19,083 nt of DNA from Candidatus Woesearchaeota archaeon (GCA_964651965.1 CAZYZS010000024.1:1-19083); one strand, 5' to 3'. Positions 7,254 through 14,279 are shown, numbered from the stretch's first letter. Numbers and translations: made by a program. Notes: generated by a model from the letters alone, not told the origin.

Positions 7254-8291
7254 ATGCCAAAAACTGACCCACTAGAAACAAAAAACAAGATACTCGGTAT
7301 CCTCAGGTTTAGAGGCCCTTCTTTGCCCATACATATAGCCGGCCAGATAAAAATATCCTCAATTTTTGCAGGAGCTTTTCTTTCAGAGCTGGCAAACGAA
7401 GATGCTATCCGAATAAGCAACATAAAAGTAGGAGGCTCTCCTTTATACTATATAAGGGGCCAGGAAAGTATGCTTGATCCTTTCTATAAGTATCTGCCAG
7501 AAAAAGAAAGGGAAGCTTTTTTATCTTTAAAACAAAATAAAATCCTGGAAGATAAAAAGCAGGAACCTGCAATAAGAGTAGCATTAAGAAGCATAAAAGA
7601 TTTTGCAATCCCTTTTAAGAAAGACGAAGAAATTTTCTGGAGGTTCCATTCAACAACAGAACAGGAAGTGAGGGGTATTTTAGAGCCAGAAACAGAAAAA
7701 AAGGAAGAAAAAATTACAGAAACAAAAGTAAAAGAAGAGAAAAAGGAAGAAAAGGTAGTAAAAGAAGAAATTGAAGAAAAACCAGTTGAAAAAGAAGAGA
7801 AAAAGGAAGAAAAATTAGAAGTTCCAAAACCCAAAGTACAACCAGCCAAAAAAGATAGGCAGCTGGATATTGGCTTAAAAATAGCAAAAAGAGAGAGAAA
7901 AGAAAAGCCAAAGCAAGTTAAAAAAGAGGTACAGGAAAAGTTTCAAAATCCTTTAATAATTCCAGATACTGTTAAAGAAAAGCCAAAACCACCTTTTGTG
8001 ACAGACATTATTGAAAAAATAAGCAAAAAATATAAAATAATTGAAGAAAAATACTACAAGCCAAAGGAATACAGCTGCATAGTCCAGATAAATTCTGAGC
8101 TTGGCCCAATAAACTTCCTGGCATTCGCAAATGATAAAAGAAAGCTTTCTGAAACAGACCTAAGGAAAATGCTATCTGAAGCCCAAAAAATACCCCTGCC
8201 CGCCCTTGTTCTGCATAAAGGAGAAGTCAGCAAGAAAGCAATAGACTACTCCAAAGCCTATTTCTCTGTTTTAAAAGTTGAAAAGATATAA
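7254..8291 (+). CDS. hypothetical protein: N-terminal winged-helix-like domain, ~100-aa Lys/Glu-rich linker, C-terminal globular domain
   Basis: N-terminus KNKILGILRFRGPSLPIHIAGQIKISSIFAGAFLSELANEDAIRISNIKVGGSPLYYI looks wHTH-like. The middle is EKKEEKITETKVKEEKKEEKVVKEEIEEKPVEKEEKKEEKLEVPKPK... The C-terminal ~90 aa are ordered-looking. A T-rich terminator GGGTTTTTT lies at 8316-8324. Confidence 0.6.
   Translation: MPKTDPLETKNKILGILRFRGPSLPIHIAGQIKISSIFAGAFLSELANEDAIRISNIKVGGSPLYYIRGQESMLDPFYKYLPEKEREAFLSLKQNKILEDKKQEPAIRVALRSIKDFAIPFKKDEEIFWRFHSTTEQEVRGILEPETEKKEEKITETKVKEEKKEEKVVKEEIEEKPVEKEEKKEEKLEVPKPKVQPAKKDRQLDIGLKIAKRERKEKPKQVKKEVQEKFQNPLIIPDTVKEKPKPPFVTDIIEKISKKYKIIEEKYYKPKEYSCIVQINSELGPINFLAFANDKRKLSETDLRKMLSEAQKIPLPALVLHKGEVSKKAIDYSKAYFSVLKVEKI
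7730..7813 (+). repeat. in-frame 24-nt direct repeat with 60-nt period inside the KE-rich linker
   Basis: AAAAGAAGAGAAAAAGGAAGAAAA occurs identically at 7730-7753 and 7790-7813, encoding (K/E)KEEKKEEK twice. Confidence 0.8.
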
Positions 8292-8350
8292 AAAAACTCT
8301 CAAATTGCTCTTCAAGGGTTTTTTAATCGAAAGCTTTATAAATAAGCATA

Positions 8351-8371
8351 TCTTACTATAAGAAAGTAAGA
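8351..8371 (+). promoter_or_regulatory. inverted repeat TCTTACT-N7-AGTAAGA between the TATA (CTTTATAAATAA, 8334-8345) and SD (AGGAGG, 8374-8379) of the antitoxin gene; candidate autoregulatory operator
   Basis: Read directly from the sequence. The position is typical for an AbrB-type antitoxin operator. Confidence 0.4.
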
Positions 8372-8389
8372 ATAGGAGGAAATTTAAAC

Positions 8390-8668
8390 ATGGCAGTTGA
8401 AATGGTAAAAATGTCTTCAAAAGGGCAGATTGTAATTCCCCAAGACATAAGAGCAGAGATATGTGCAACAGAAGGAACTATCTTCGCAGTAGTCAGCGGA
8501 AGGGACAGCATTGTTTTAAAGAAAGTCGTAATGCCCTCAAAAGAAGAGCTAATTTGTGAGCTTAAAGAGATAGCAAAGGAAGGAACAAAAAGGGCCCAGA
8601 AACTAGGAATCCAAGAAAAAGATATACCTGGTTTAGTCCATAAGGCAAGAAAAAATAAGTTAAAATGA
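8390..8668 (+). CDS. AbrB/SpoVT-fold antitoxin (VapB-like)
   Basis: SpoVT-AbrB signature MSSKGQIVIPQDIRAEI...GTIFAVV. AGGAGG SD lies 10 nt upstream. It has a 4-nt ATGA overlap with the downstream PIN gene. Confidence 0.8.
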   Translation: MAVEMVKMSSKGQIVIPQDIRAEICATEGTIFAVVSGRDSIVLKKVVMPSKEELICELKEIAKEGTKRAQKLGIQEKDIPGLVHKARKNKLK

Positions 8669-9060
8669 AAATTGTATTTGACACAAATGTGTTGATATCT
8701 GCTACTTTATGGGATAATAGTGTAGCTCAGAAATTTTTATTCAAATGTATACAAGAAAATACGCAAATTTTTTCTTCTCAAGAGATAATCGAAGAGTACA
8801 AAGAAATTCTTGCCAGAGATTTTGGATATAATAAGCAAGAAATCGGGGGAATACTTGAAAGAGTTCTTAGGTTTGTTACTTTAGTAATTCCAAGCAAGAA
8901 AATTAATGCTGTAAAAGAAGATGCGGATGATAATAAAATCATAGAATGCGCCATTGAAGCTGATGCAGAATACATTATCTCATATGATAATCATCTTCTA
9001 AGGTTAAAGGAATATCAAGGAATAAAAATTGTTAGGCCAGAAGAAGCACTTGGATTATAA
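8665..9060 (+). CDS. PIN-domain ribonuclease toxin (VapC-like, PIN_3-type)
   Basis: MKIVFDTNVLISA N-terminal acidic motif. Further conserved acidic positions are QEIIEEY, EDADDNKIIECA and YIISYDNHLL. The gene is coupled to the AbrB-fold gene. Confidence 0.85.
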   Translation: MKIVFDTNVLISATLWDNSVAQKFLFKCIQENTQIFSSQEIIEEYKEILARDFGYNKQEIGGILERVLRFVTLVIPSKKINAVKEDADDNKIIECAIEADAEYIISYDNHLLRLKEYQGIKIVRPEEALGL

Positions 9061-9197
9061 AATGTTCTTCAAAGGTCTTAAAGTATATAGACATTCTTAC
9101 CACATACAGCAAAAAACAGGCTTTTTACACAATAACAAACTTTAAAAACATACAAAAACAAAGGTTTGAATAAGAAATTTAAGTAATTTGACTTATA

Positions 9198-9392
9198 ATG
9201 GGACGTATAAAATCAACATTAGTCAAGAGAACAGGGCATAATTTGCTTAAAGAAGAGAATAATTTTAGTGAAGACTTTAATGTAAACAAGAAACTGTTGG
9301 GAAATACAATGCCTAGCAAAAAAGTAAGAAACAAGATTGCAGGGTACATCTCTAGACTTAAAGTACAAGCTAGAGAAGGAAAAGTTCAGTAA
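9198..9392 (+). CDS. rps17e: 30S ribosomal protein eS17 (S17e)
   Basis: MGRIKSTLVKRTGHNLL... matches the characteristic eS17 N-terminus, and the 64-aa size fits archaeal eS17. The TATA-like AAATTTAAG is about 25 nt upstream (leaderless). Confidence 0.85.
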   Translation: MGRIKSTLVKRTGHNLLKEENNFSEDFNVNKKLLGNTMPSKKVRNKIAGYISRLKVQAREGKVQ

Positions 9393-9453
9393 ATTATACT
9401 AAGCAATTTCATTGCTTATTGAAACAGAAAACAAAATAAACCAGGAGGTCAAA

Positions 9454-9783
9454 ATGGCAGAAGAAATCAAAACAGAAAAAACAGAAAGAACTGAAAGAAA
9501 AGGCGACGAAAACGTTGTTTTTATCGGAAGCAAGCCTTTCATGAACTACGTCACTGGAGTTGTAATGCAATTTACAACAAAAGGAAGCGCAGAAGTCATC
9601 ATAAAGGCAAGAGGCAAATTTATCAGTAGAGCAGTGGACGTAGCAGAAGTTGCTACAAAGAGATTCCTTAAAGAACACAATATAGGGGTAAAGGACATAA
9701 AAATTGACAGTGAAGAATTCGAGAACAAAGAAGGAAAGAGAGTCAACGTTTCCACAATCGAGATAACCTTAACAAAAAAGTAA
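9454..9783 (+). CDS. albA: DNA/RNA-binding chromatin protein Alba
   Basis: [21 protein letters not shown]...[26 protein letters not shown]...VSTIEITL is the classic Alba pattern. GGAGG at 9444-9448 lies 5 nt before ATG 9454, so I prefer this start over the TTG at 9412 in the ORF track. Confidence 0.9.
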   Translation: MAEEIKTEKTERTERKGDENVVFIGSKPFMNYVTGVVMQFTTKGSAEVIIKARGKFISRAVDVAEVATKRFLKEHNIGVKDIKIDSEEFENKEGKRVNVSTIEITLTKK

Positions 9784-9809
9784 AAACTGATTTTATTTAA
9801 CAGGGTTTA

Positions 9810-9831
9810 TTTTTTCCCTTTTTTATTTTTT
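9810..9831 (+). terminator. three consecutive T6 tracts (archaeal oligo-T terminator) after albA
   Basis: TTTTTTCCCTTTTTTATTTTTT read directly. It lies in the convergent gap with the minus-strand gene ending at 9834. Confidence 0.6.
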
Positions 9832-9833
9832 AT

Positions 9834-10196
9834 TTATTTTAACTTATTATTTTCTCCTATTTTCTTTCTTTTTGATTTCCCAAAAAGCCTCCTAAAAAAG
9901 CCTTTCTTTTTAGCCTCCTTCTTTTTAATCCCTCTTTCTATTAATTGGTGACTTATTCTGTCTACCTTTTTTGTCAGCCTATCTATTTTTGCATTAATCT
10001 CTTCCACATCTTTAGTCATTTTAGATATCTTTGCTGCAGATTTCCAATTAAAAAAAGCCCTTAAAATAAGGTAAATTATGTAAATAATAAGAGCTATTCC
10101 AACTATATTAAAGAAGGTTATAATAGAAGAGACAGAATTAGTTAGAGCCCTATTCAACTCGCCGCCCAAATCAGTTATATTAATAATATCAGCCAT
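9834..10196 (-). CDS. hypothetical single-pass membrane protein with coiled-coil and Lys-rich tail
   Basis: Hydrophobic helix FFNIVGIALIIYIIYLILRAFF, followed by a heptad-like charged region and a KKKEAKKKGFFRRLFGKSKRKK tail. GAGGA SD lies about 9 nt upstream of the ATG. Confidence 0.6.
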   Translation of the reverse strand: MADIINITDLGGELNRALTNSVSSIITFFNIVGIALIIYIIYLILRAFFNWKSAAKISKMTKDVEEINAKIDRLTKKVDRISHQLIERGIKKKEAKKKGFFRRLFGKSKRKKIGENNKLK

Positions 10197-10250
10197 TTTA
10201 CTTTATCCTCTTTTTTATTCATAATACAAGGAAACTCGCTTTTATAAAAG

Positions 10251-10259
10251 TTTTTAAAT
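10251..10259 (+). promoter_or_regulatory. TATA box TTTTTAAAT for the tRNA gene
   Basis: Located 23-31 nt upstream of tRNA position +1 (10282). Confidence 0.55.
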
Positions 10260-10281
10260 GACTTATATCTTGCTTTCTTAT

Positions 10282-10353
10282 GGCTGTATAGCTTAGTGGA
10301 AGAGCGCCGCTCTCATAAGGCGGAGGTCCCGAGTTCAATCCTCGGTACAGCCA
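10282..10353 (+). tRNA. tRNA with CAU anticodon: elongator tRNA-Met, or tRNA-Ile2 if C34 is modified; not initiator-like
   Basis: Hand-folded cloverleaf. Acceptor GGCTGTA/TACAGCC. D arm GCTT-AGTGGAA-GAGC. Anticodon arm CCGCT-CTCATAA-GGCGG. Variable AGGTC. T arm CCGAG-TTCAATC-CTCGG. Discriminator A. No encoded CCA. T6 terminator at 10354-10359. G1:C72 and the absence of the 3 G:C anticodon-stem pairs argue against an initiator. Confidence 0.95.
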
Positions 10354-10366
10354 TTTTTTAAAGAAA

Positions 10367-10573
10367 ATGCCAGATTGTAAAAAACAAATAAATCTAAAGA
10401 AGTGCAATTGTACTTACAAAGGATGTTCTAGAAAGGGCATCTGCTGTGAATGCTTAAAATATCACTTAGAAAACAAAGAGCTCCCAGCTTGCTGTTTTCC
10501 AGCAGAAGTTGAAAAAACTTACGACAGAAGCTTCAAAAAATTTGCAGAGTTAGTTAAAGAAGGAAAAATTTAA
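10367..10573 (+). CDS. small cysteine-rich protein (9 Cys in 68 aa), probable metal-binding; family uncertain
   Basis: MPDCKKQINLKKCNCTYKGCSRKGICCECLKYHLENKELPACCFPAEVEKTYDRSF... From memory it resembles a conserved uncharacterised Cys-rich mini-protein family; I could not verify this. The ATG is only 13 nt after the tRNA 3' end. Confidence 0.6.
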   Translation: MPDCKKQINLKKCNCTYKGCSRKGICCECLKYHLENKELPACCFPAEVEKTYDRSFKKFAELVKEGKI

Positions 10574-10575
10574 GT

Positions 10576-11280
10576 TTATTTTTCATCAAAATAAATTTCT
10601 TTTATTTTTTTATCTTTAAGAATTTCTTTTCCTCCTTCTAATGCAATTTTTCCATTCTCAAGAACATAAGTTCTATTAGAAATTTTGACCGCCTGCTTTG
10701 CATTTTGCTCAACTAGCATAATTGAAATTCCCTCTTTATTAATTTTTTTTATTATTTCAAAAATTTCCTTCATTGTTTTTGGAGCTAATCCTAATGAAGG
10801 CTCATCCAACAAAAGTAAAGAAGGGTTTTGCATTAATGCTCTTGCAATAGCCAATACCTGCTGCTGACCTCCTGACAAACTAAAAGCATACTCGTTTTGT
10901 TTTTCTTTTAAAAAAGGGAATTTCTTAAAGATTTCTTGGATATTTTTCTCAACAAGGTCTTTGTCATTAAAAACAAACGCGCCCATCTCAAGGTTCTCTC
11001 TAACCGTCAAGTCAGAAAAAACCTGCCTTCCTTGAGGAACATAGCTTACTCCTTCATAAATCAGCTCATGGGTAGGCAGCTTTGTGATGTCCTTGTCCTT
11101 AAATATTATCTTCCCAGAATAAATTCTGCATAAATTAAAAATGCTTCTTAAAGACGTTGATTTCCCAGACCCATTTGGCCCGATAATAGCTACAATTTCT
11201 CCCGGGTTTACCTCTAAACTGATTTCATGCAGCACTTCCATGCCGTCGTATCCTGCTTTAAGATTTTGTATCTTTAACAT
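10576..11280 (-). CDS. livF: branched-chain/hydrophobic amino acid ABC transporter ATP-binding protein, LivF-like
   Basis: Walker A GPNGSGKST, LSGGQQQ signature and Walker B LLLLDEPS. LivF-type N-terminus LKAGYDGMEVLHEISLEV and VPQGRQVFSDLTVRENLEMGAF. The start is 1 nt after the SBP stop. Confidence 0.9.
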   Translation of the reverse strand: MLKIQNLKAGYDGMEVLHEISLEVNPGEIVAIIGPNGSGKSTSLRSIFNLCRIYSGKIIFKDKDITKLPTHELIYEGVSYVPQGRQVFSDLTVRENLEMGAFVFNDKDLVEKNIQEIFKKFPFLKEKQNEYAFSLSGGQQQVLAIARALMQNPSLLLLDEPSLGLAPKTMKEIFEIIKKINKEGISIMLVEQNAKQAVKISNRTYVLENGKIALEGGKEILKDKKIKEIYFDEK

Positions 11281-11281
11281 T

Positions 11282-12400
11282 TCAGTCTCCTAAGTTATAT
11301 CTCACAAACTTCCCCTCCTTAACTGTTTTTATAAAAAAATCATAGGAAACATCCCCATTAGAATCAAAGGATAATGGCCCGAAAACTGAATTATAATCTT
11401 TTAGGTTTTCAATATAATTTTTTATGCAGTTGTAATCTTTTTTACATTTAATGAATCCCAAGGCAGTTATCTTAAAAGCTTCATAACCCTCTGCTGTGTA
11501 CCCATTTGGCTCTTGATTGTATTTTTTCTTGTAGGGGTCTACTAATTCTTTGACTTTAGAATTATTTGAGTAAGGATCAAAAGCATAACTATATAAGAAG
11601 CCTTCAGTAAAGTTGCCTGACTGCAACAGTATAGGATCTTCTGCTCCTCGAAATCCAATAAATTGAGCAGGGATATTCATTTCCTTGGCTTGTTTTATTA
11701 TAAGCACAGTATTAGAAGCTATTCCGGCTGCGAAAACTGCATCTGATTTTTCTTCTTTTATTTTGAGTAGCAAAGATTTAAAATCTGTTTCAGTTAGTTC
11801 AAAGCCTTCGTAGATGTCTATTTTTATGCTCTTTTCTTCCAGCCCTTTTTTTACAGATTCAGCAATACTTTTGCCTATCTCGTTTTCCATGTATATTATG
11901 CTTATTTTCTGATATCCTTTATCTTTAATGAAATTCACTATTGATATTGCCTCAATATCTGTTTTTGGGCTTACTCTAAAAGAAAGATCTCCTGGAGTTG
12001 AATAGTCTGAAGCAGATGCAGAAGCCGCCATCTGCAAGATATTATCATTTTTTGCAAGAGGCAGAACTGATAATGACGGGGCGCTTGCATGTGTTACCAC
12101 AGCATCGATATTGTTTATTTCCCTTAGTTTTTTATATGCATCTACCCCTCCTTTAGCAGAGTATTGGCTGTCTTCATGATAAACCTCAAATTTAAAATCC
12201 GGATATTTGCTTCTTATCTCTTCTGCTGCAATATCTACTCCCTTCCTGTTTTCTTCACCGTAATAAGCAGCATTACCCGTGAGTGATTCTATAACCCCGA
12301 TTCTGATGACTTCATCTTTTTTAGGCCCGTTTGCATAAATCCCTAAGATAACTATTACAAGTATCAAAACAATCAAAATGCCCCACAAACTCTTTTTCAT
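11282..12400 (-). CDS. LivK/Peripla_BP_6-type substrate-binding protein, N-terminally membrane-anchored (SBP1)
   Basis: N-terminal TM helix LWGILIVLILVIVILGIY with no lipobox Cys. Then IRIGVIESLTGNAAYYGEENRKGVDIAAEEI, typical of the Leu/Ile/Val-binding family. Confidence 0.9.
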   Translation of the reverse strand: MKKSLWGILIVLILVIVILGIYANGPKKDEVIRIGVIESLTGNAAYYGEENRKGVDIAAEEIRSKYPDFKFEVYHEDSQYSAKGGVDAYKKLREINNIDAVVTHASAPSLSVLPLAKNDNILQMAASASASDYSTPGDLSFRVSPKTDIEAISIVNFIKDKGYQKISIIYMENEIGKSIAESVKKGLEEKSIKIDIYEGFELTETDFKSLLLKIKEEKSDAVFAAGIASNTVLIIKQAKEMNIPAQFIGFRGAEDPILLQSGNFTEGFLYSYAFDPYSNNSKVKELVDPYKKKYNQEPNGYTAEGYEAFKITALGFIKCKKDYNCIKNYIENLKDYNSVFGPLSFDSNGDVSYDFFIKTVKEGKFVRYNLGD

Positions 12401-12442
12401 GAAAAATATAAGAGAAAGATGTTTTTAAAATTATTCCTTATC

Positions 12443-13180
12443 TTAGTCTCCTAAATAAGCCTCTAAAACTTGCTTGTTGTTTTTTATCTGTTTTGGGGTG
12501 CCTTGTGCGATTATTTTTCCTCCATCCATTACAATTACTTCGTCTGCTATTTTTAATGTGAAATCAATGTCATGCTCGATAAACAATATTGTTTCGCCAC
12601 TCTTTTTTAGCTCTACTAATATTTTTGCTATTTCTCTTCTTAATTTAGGGTTGACTCCTGCAACCGGTTCATCAAGCATTAATAGATTATGGGGTTTTAT
12701 TATTGCTCTTATTATCTCTATAAGCCTTTTTTGCCCATAACTTAAATTTCCTGCGATTTCACCTTCAAATTTTCTCATTCCCACTAAATCAAGCTGCTTT
12801 CTTATTTTTTCTTCATCCTTTTTTTCATGTACATGCATATAAAATAGATTTTTCAAGAATTTGGTATCCTCGTTATCTAAAGCTAAAAGAAGATTCTCTT
12901 TAACAGTCAAATTATTAAAAAGCCTAGACTGCTGGAAAAGTCTTGAAATTCCTTGATTTGATATTTGATATATTCGCATCTTAGAAATGTCTTTTTCTTC
13001 AATAAAAATCCTGCCAGAATTTTCTTTTAAAATACCGCAGATAAGATTAAACATCGTGGATTTCCCGCTTCCATTTGGTCCGATTAAAGCAGTTATTTTT
13101 CCTTTTTTTATTTCAAAACTACAATTATCAACTGCTTTAATTCCTCCGAAGTGTTTTGATAAGTTTTGAACTTTTAGCAT
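12443..13180 (-). CDS. livG: branched-chain/hydrophobic amino acid ABC transporter ATP-binding protein, LivG-like
   Basis: LKVQNLSKHFGGIKAVDNCSF, Walker A GPNGSGKST, LSYGQKRL signature and Walker B LLMLDEP. I prefer ATG 13180 (MLKVQNL), which is preceded by AAGGGGGGTAAG, over the track start 13207, which would read through the SD/TATA region. Confidence 0.9.
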   Translation of the reverse strand: MLKVQNLSKHFGGIKAVDNCSFEIKKGKITALIGPNGSGKSTMFNLICGILKENSGRIFIEEKDISKMRIYQISNQGISRLFQQSRLFNNLTVKENLLLALDNEDTKFLKNLFYMHVHEKKDEEKIRKQLDLVGMRKFEGEIAGNLSYGQKRLIEIIRAIIKPHNLLMLDEPVAGVNPKLRREIAKILVELKKSGETILFIEHDIDFTLKIADEVIVMDGGKIIAQGTPKQIKNNKQVLEAYLGD

Positions 13181-13271
13181 CTTACCCCCCTTTTTATATA
13201 ATACCAAAGAAAATGTAGATTAATAAGTTTTTGTATTAATAGAAATGTAGAAAACAAGAAGAGGCTAATCT

Positions 13272-14237
13272 TTAGGGTATACAGATATAAGAGTATTCCT
13301 TTATTATATCAATTGTTTCTATTGTCTTTATTATGCTACTAAACTTATTTCTTATGTCCAGAATTATCTTATTAAATTGCTCGCTAGATTCAACTTCAAA
13401 TTCCGGCTCAAGGTCCCAATCCCCGACACACTCAACAAGAGTTGTTATGTTCCTATTTGCATGGCAGTAATCAATAAACTTTTGAACATCTTCCTTGCTC
13501 GCCTTTCTTAAAGAAATAAAGCATTTAAAAAATTTATACCCGATCTTTTCTAAATCTATAGAAATTCTGTAATCTGCTATAACTTTCATCTTTTCTAGCC
13601 TTCTAATTTTTGAGATTATTGTTTTAACTGAAAGATTAAGCTTTTTGGACAAGTCTAAAATAGATGCTCTTGAATTCTTTGCGAGTATCTTCAATAATTG
13701 GCTGTCTTTTTGGTCAAGCTTGTTCTCTTCCAAACTCTTAATCCAGTATTTTATTTCAGCAGGGTGTTTTGTTTCAAGAAGATATTCTCTATAAAAATAG
13801 GGTGCTTCTACTAAAACAGAAATACTCTTGTTAACAATATCTTCTCCAATAGTATTCAATATCTTTAATTTTATCTCATTTAGCTCCCCGGGACTTTTAA
13901 CTAATAGCCCAATAATAAAATCCCATCTTCCAGATACTTTTGCAGCCCAATAAACCGGAAGTTCCCTAATAAGTTCTAATATTTTTTTCTCTTTTGTTTC
14001 TGTAAAATTTTGAAGCTGGAGATAAATTTTATAAGGCACAAGACCCATGATAGAAGGACTGATTATTGTAACAAACTCGCGGATGATTCCCCTCTCAATT
14101 AACTTGTTAATCCTAAAGTTTACAACATTTCGATGAGCTCTTACTTTTTTGCCAATTTCTGCTGCACTTTGCCTGCTGTTTCTATCTAATTCATAGAGAA
14201 TCTTCTTGTCTAATAAATCTAACTTGTTTTCTACCAT
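13272..14237 (-). CDS. fused double Lrp/AsnC-family transcriptional regulator, paralog of 1927-2892
   Basis: Two HTH + RAM-like modules: DKKILYELDRNSRQSAAEIGKKVRAHRNVVNFRINKLIERGII...GRWDFIIGLL, then DSQLLKILAKNSRASILDLSKKLNLSVKTIISKIRRLEKMKVI...CVGDWDLEPEFEV. The track start is 14246 (MNNM...). The ATG at 14237 (MVENKLDLLDKKILYELD) aligns with the paralog N-terminus and lies about 26 nt from the TATA centre. Confidence 0.8.
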   Translation of the reverse strand: MVENKLDLLDKKILYELDRNSRQSAAEIGKKVRAHRNVVNFRINKLIERGIIREFVTIISPSIMGLVPYKIYLQLQNFTETKEKKILELIRELPVYWAAKVSGRWDFIIGLLVKSPGELNEIKLKILNTIGEDIVNKSISVLVEAPYFYREYLLETKHPAEIKYWIKSLEENKLDQKDSQLLKILAKNSRASILDLSKKLNLSVKTIISKIRRLEKMKVIADYRISIDLEKIGYKFFKCFISLRKASKEDVQKFIDYCHANRNITTLVECVGDWDLEPEFEVESSEQFNKIILDIRNKFSSIIKTIETIDIIKEYSYICIP

Positions 14238-14256
14238 ATTGTTCATAAATAACCTT

Positions 14257-14279
14257 TATTTATAAATATTACCATTTTG
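14257..14279 (-). promoter_or_regulatory. promoter module CAAAATG-N5-ATTTATAAATA (minus-strand reading), second copy
   Basis: Plus-strand TATTTATAAATATTACCATTTTG matches 2913-2935 at 20 of 23 positions. Confidence 0.5.

Noticed and set aside
7405-7911. Minus-strand ORFs 7405-7608, 7484-7849 and 7714-7911
   Set aside because: These are antisense readings of the purine-rich KE linker, giving Phe/Ser/Leu-rich artefacts.
8271-8975. Minus-strand ORFs 8271-8468 and 8778-8975
   Set aside because: They lie antisense to the promoter/antitoxin and PIN genes and are not supported by any motif.
9062-9145. 27-codon ORF (MFFKGLKVYRHSYHIQQKTGFLHNNKL) in the PIN-rps17e gap
   Set aside because: It has no SD or TATA at a suitable distance and is too short. 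The gap is more likely the rps17e promoter region.
9400-9418. Hairpin TAAGCAAT-TTC-ATTGCTTA after rps17e as a regulatory RNA
   Set aside because: This is a short 8-bp AT-rich stem with a 3-nt loop and no following T-run. It is possibly a minor transcript-end structure and is not distinctive enough to call.
9409-9755. Minus-strand ORFs 9409-9678 and 9546-9755, and the TTG start at 9412 for Alba
   Set aside because: The minus-strand ORFs are antisense to albA. GGAGG at 9444-9448 followed by ATG 9454 is the better start, and the 14 extra residues have no counterpart in Alba proteins.
10219-10407. Minus-strand ORF 10219-10407
   Set aside because: It is fully explained by the tRNA gene on the opposite strand; its peptide includes the translated tRNA sequence.
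10685-13169. Plus-strand ORFs 10685-10867, 10936-11133, 12474-12740 and 12987-13169
   Set aside because: They lie antisense inside livF and livG.
13185-13195. C6/T5 homopolymer (G6 on the coding strand) directly upstream of livG as a phase-variation tract
   Set aside because: It is too short for efficient slipped-strand mispairing and lies outside the coding frame. It is more simply a G-rich Shine-Dalgarno-like element.
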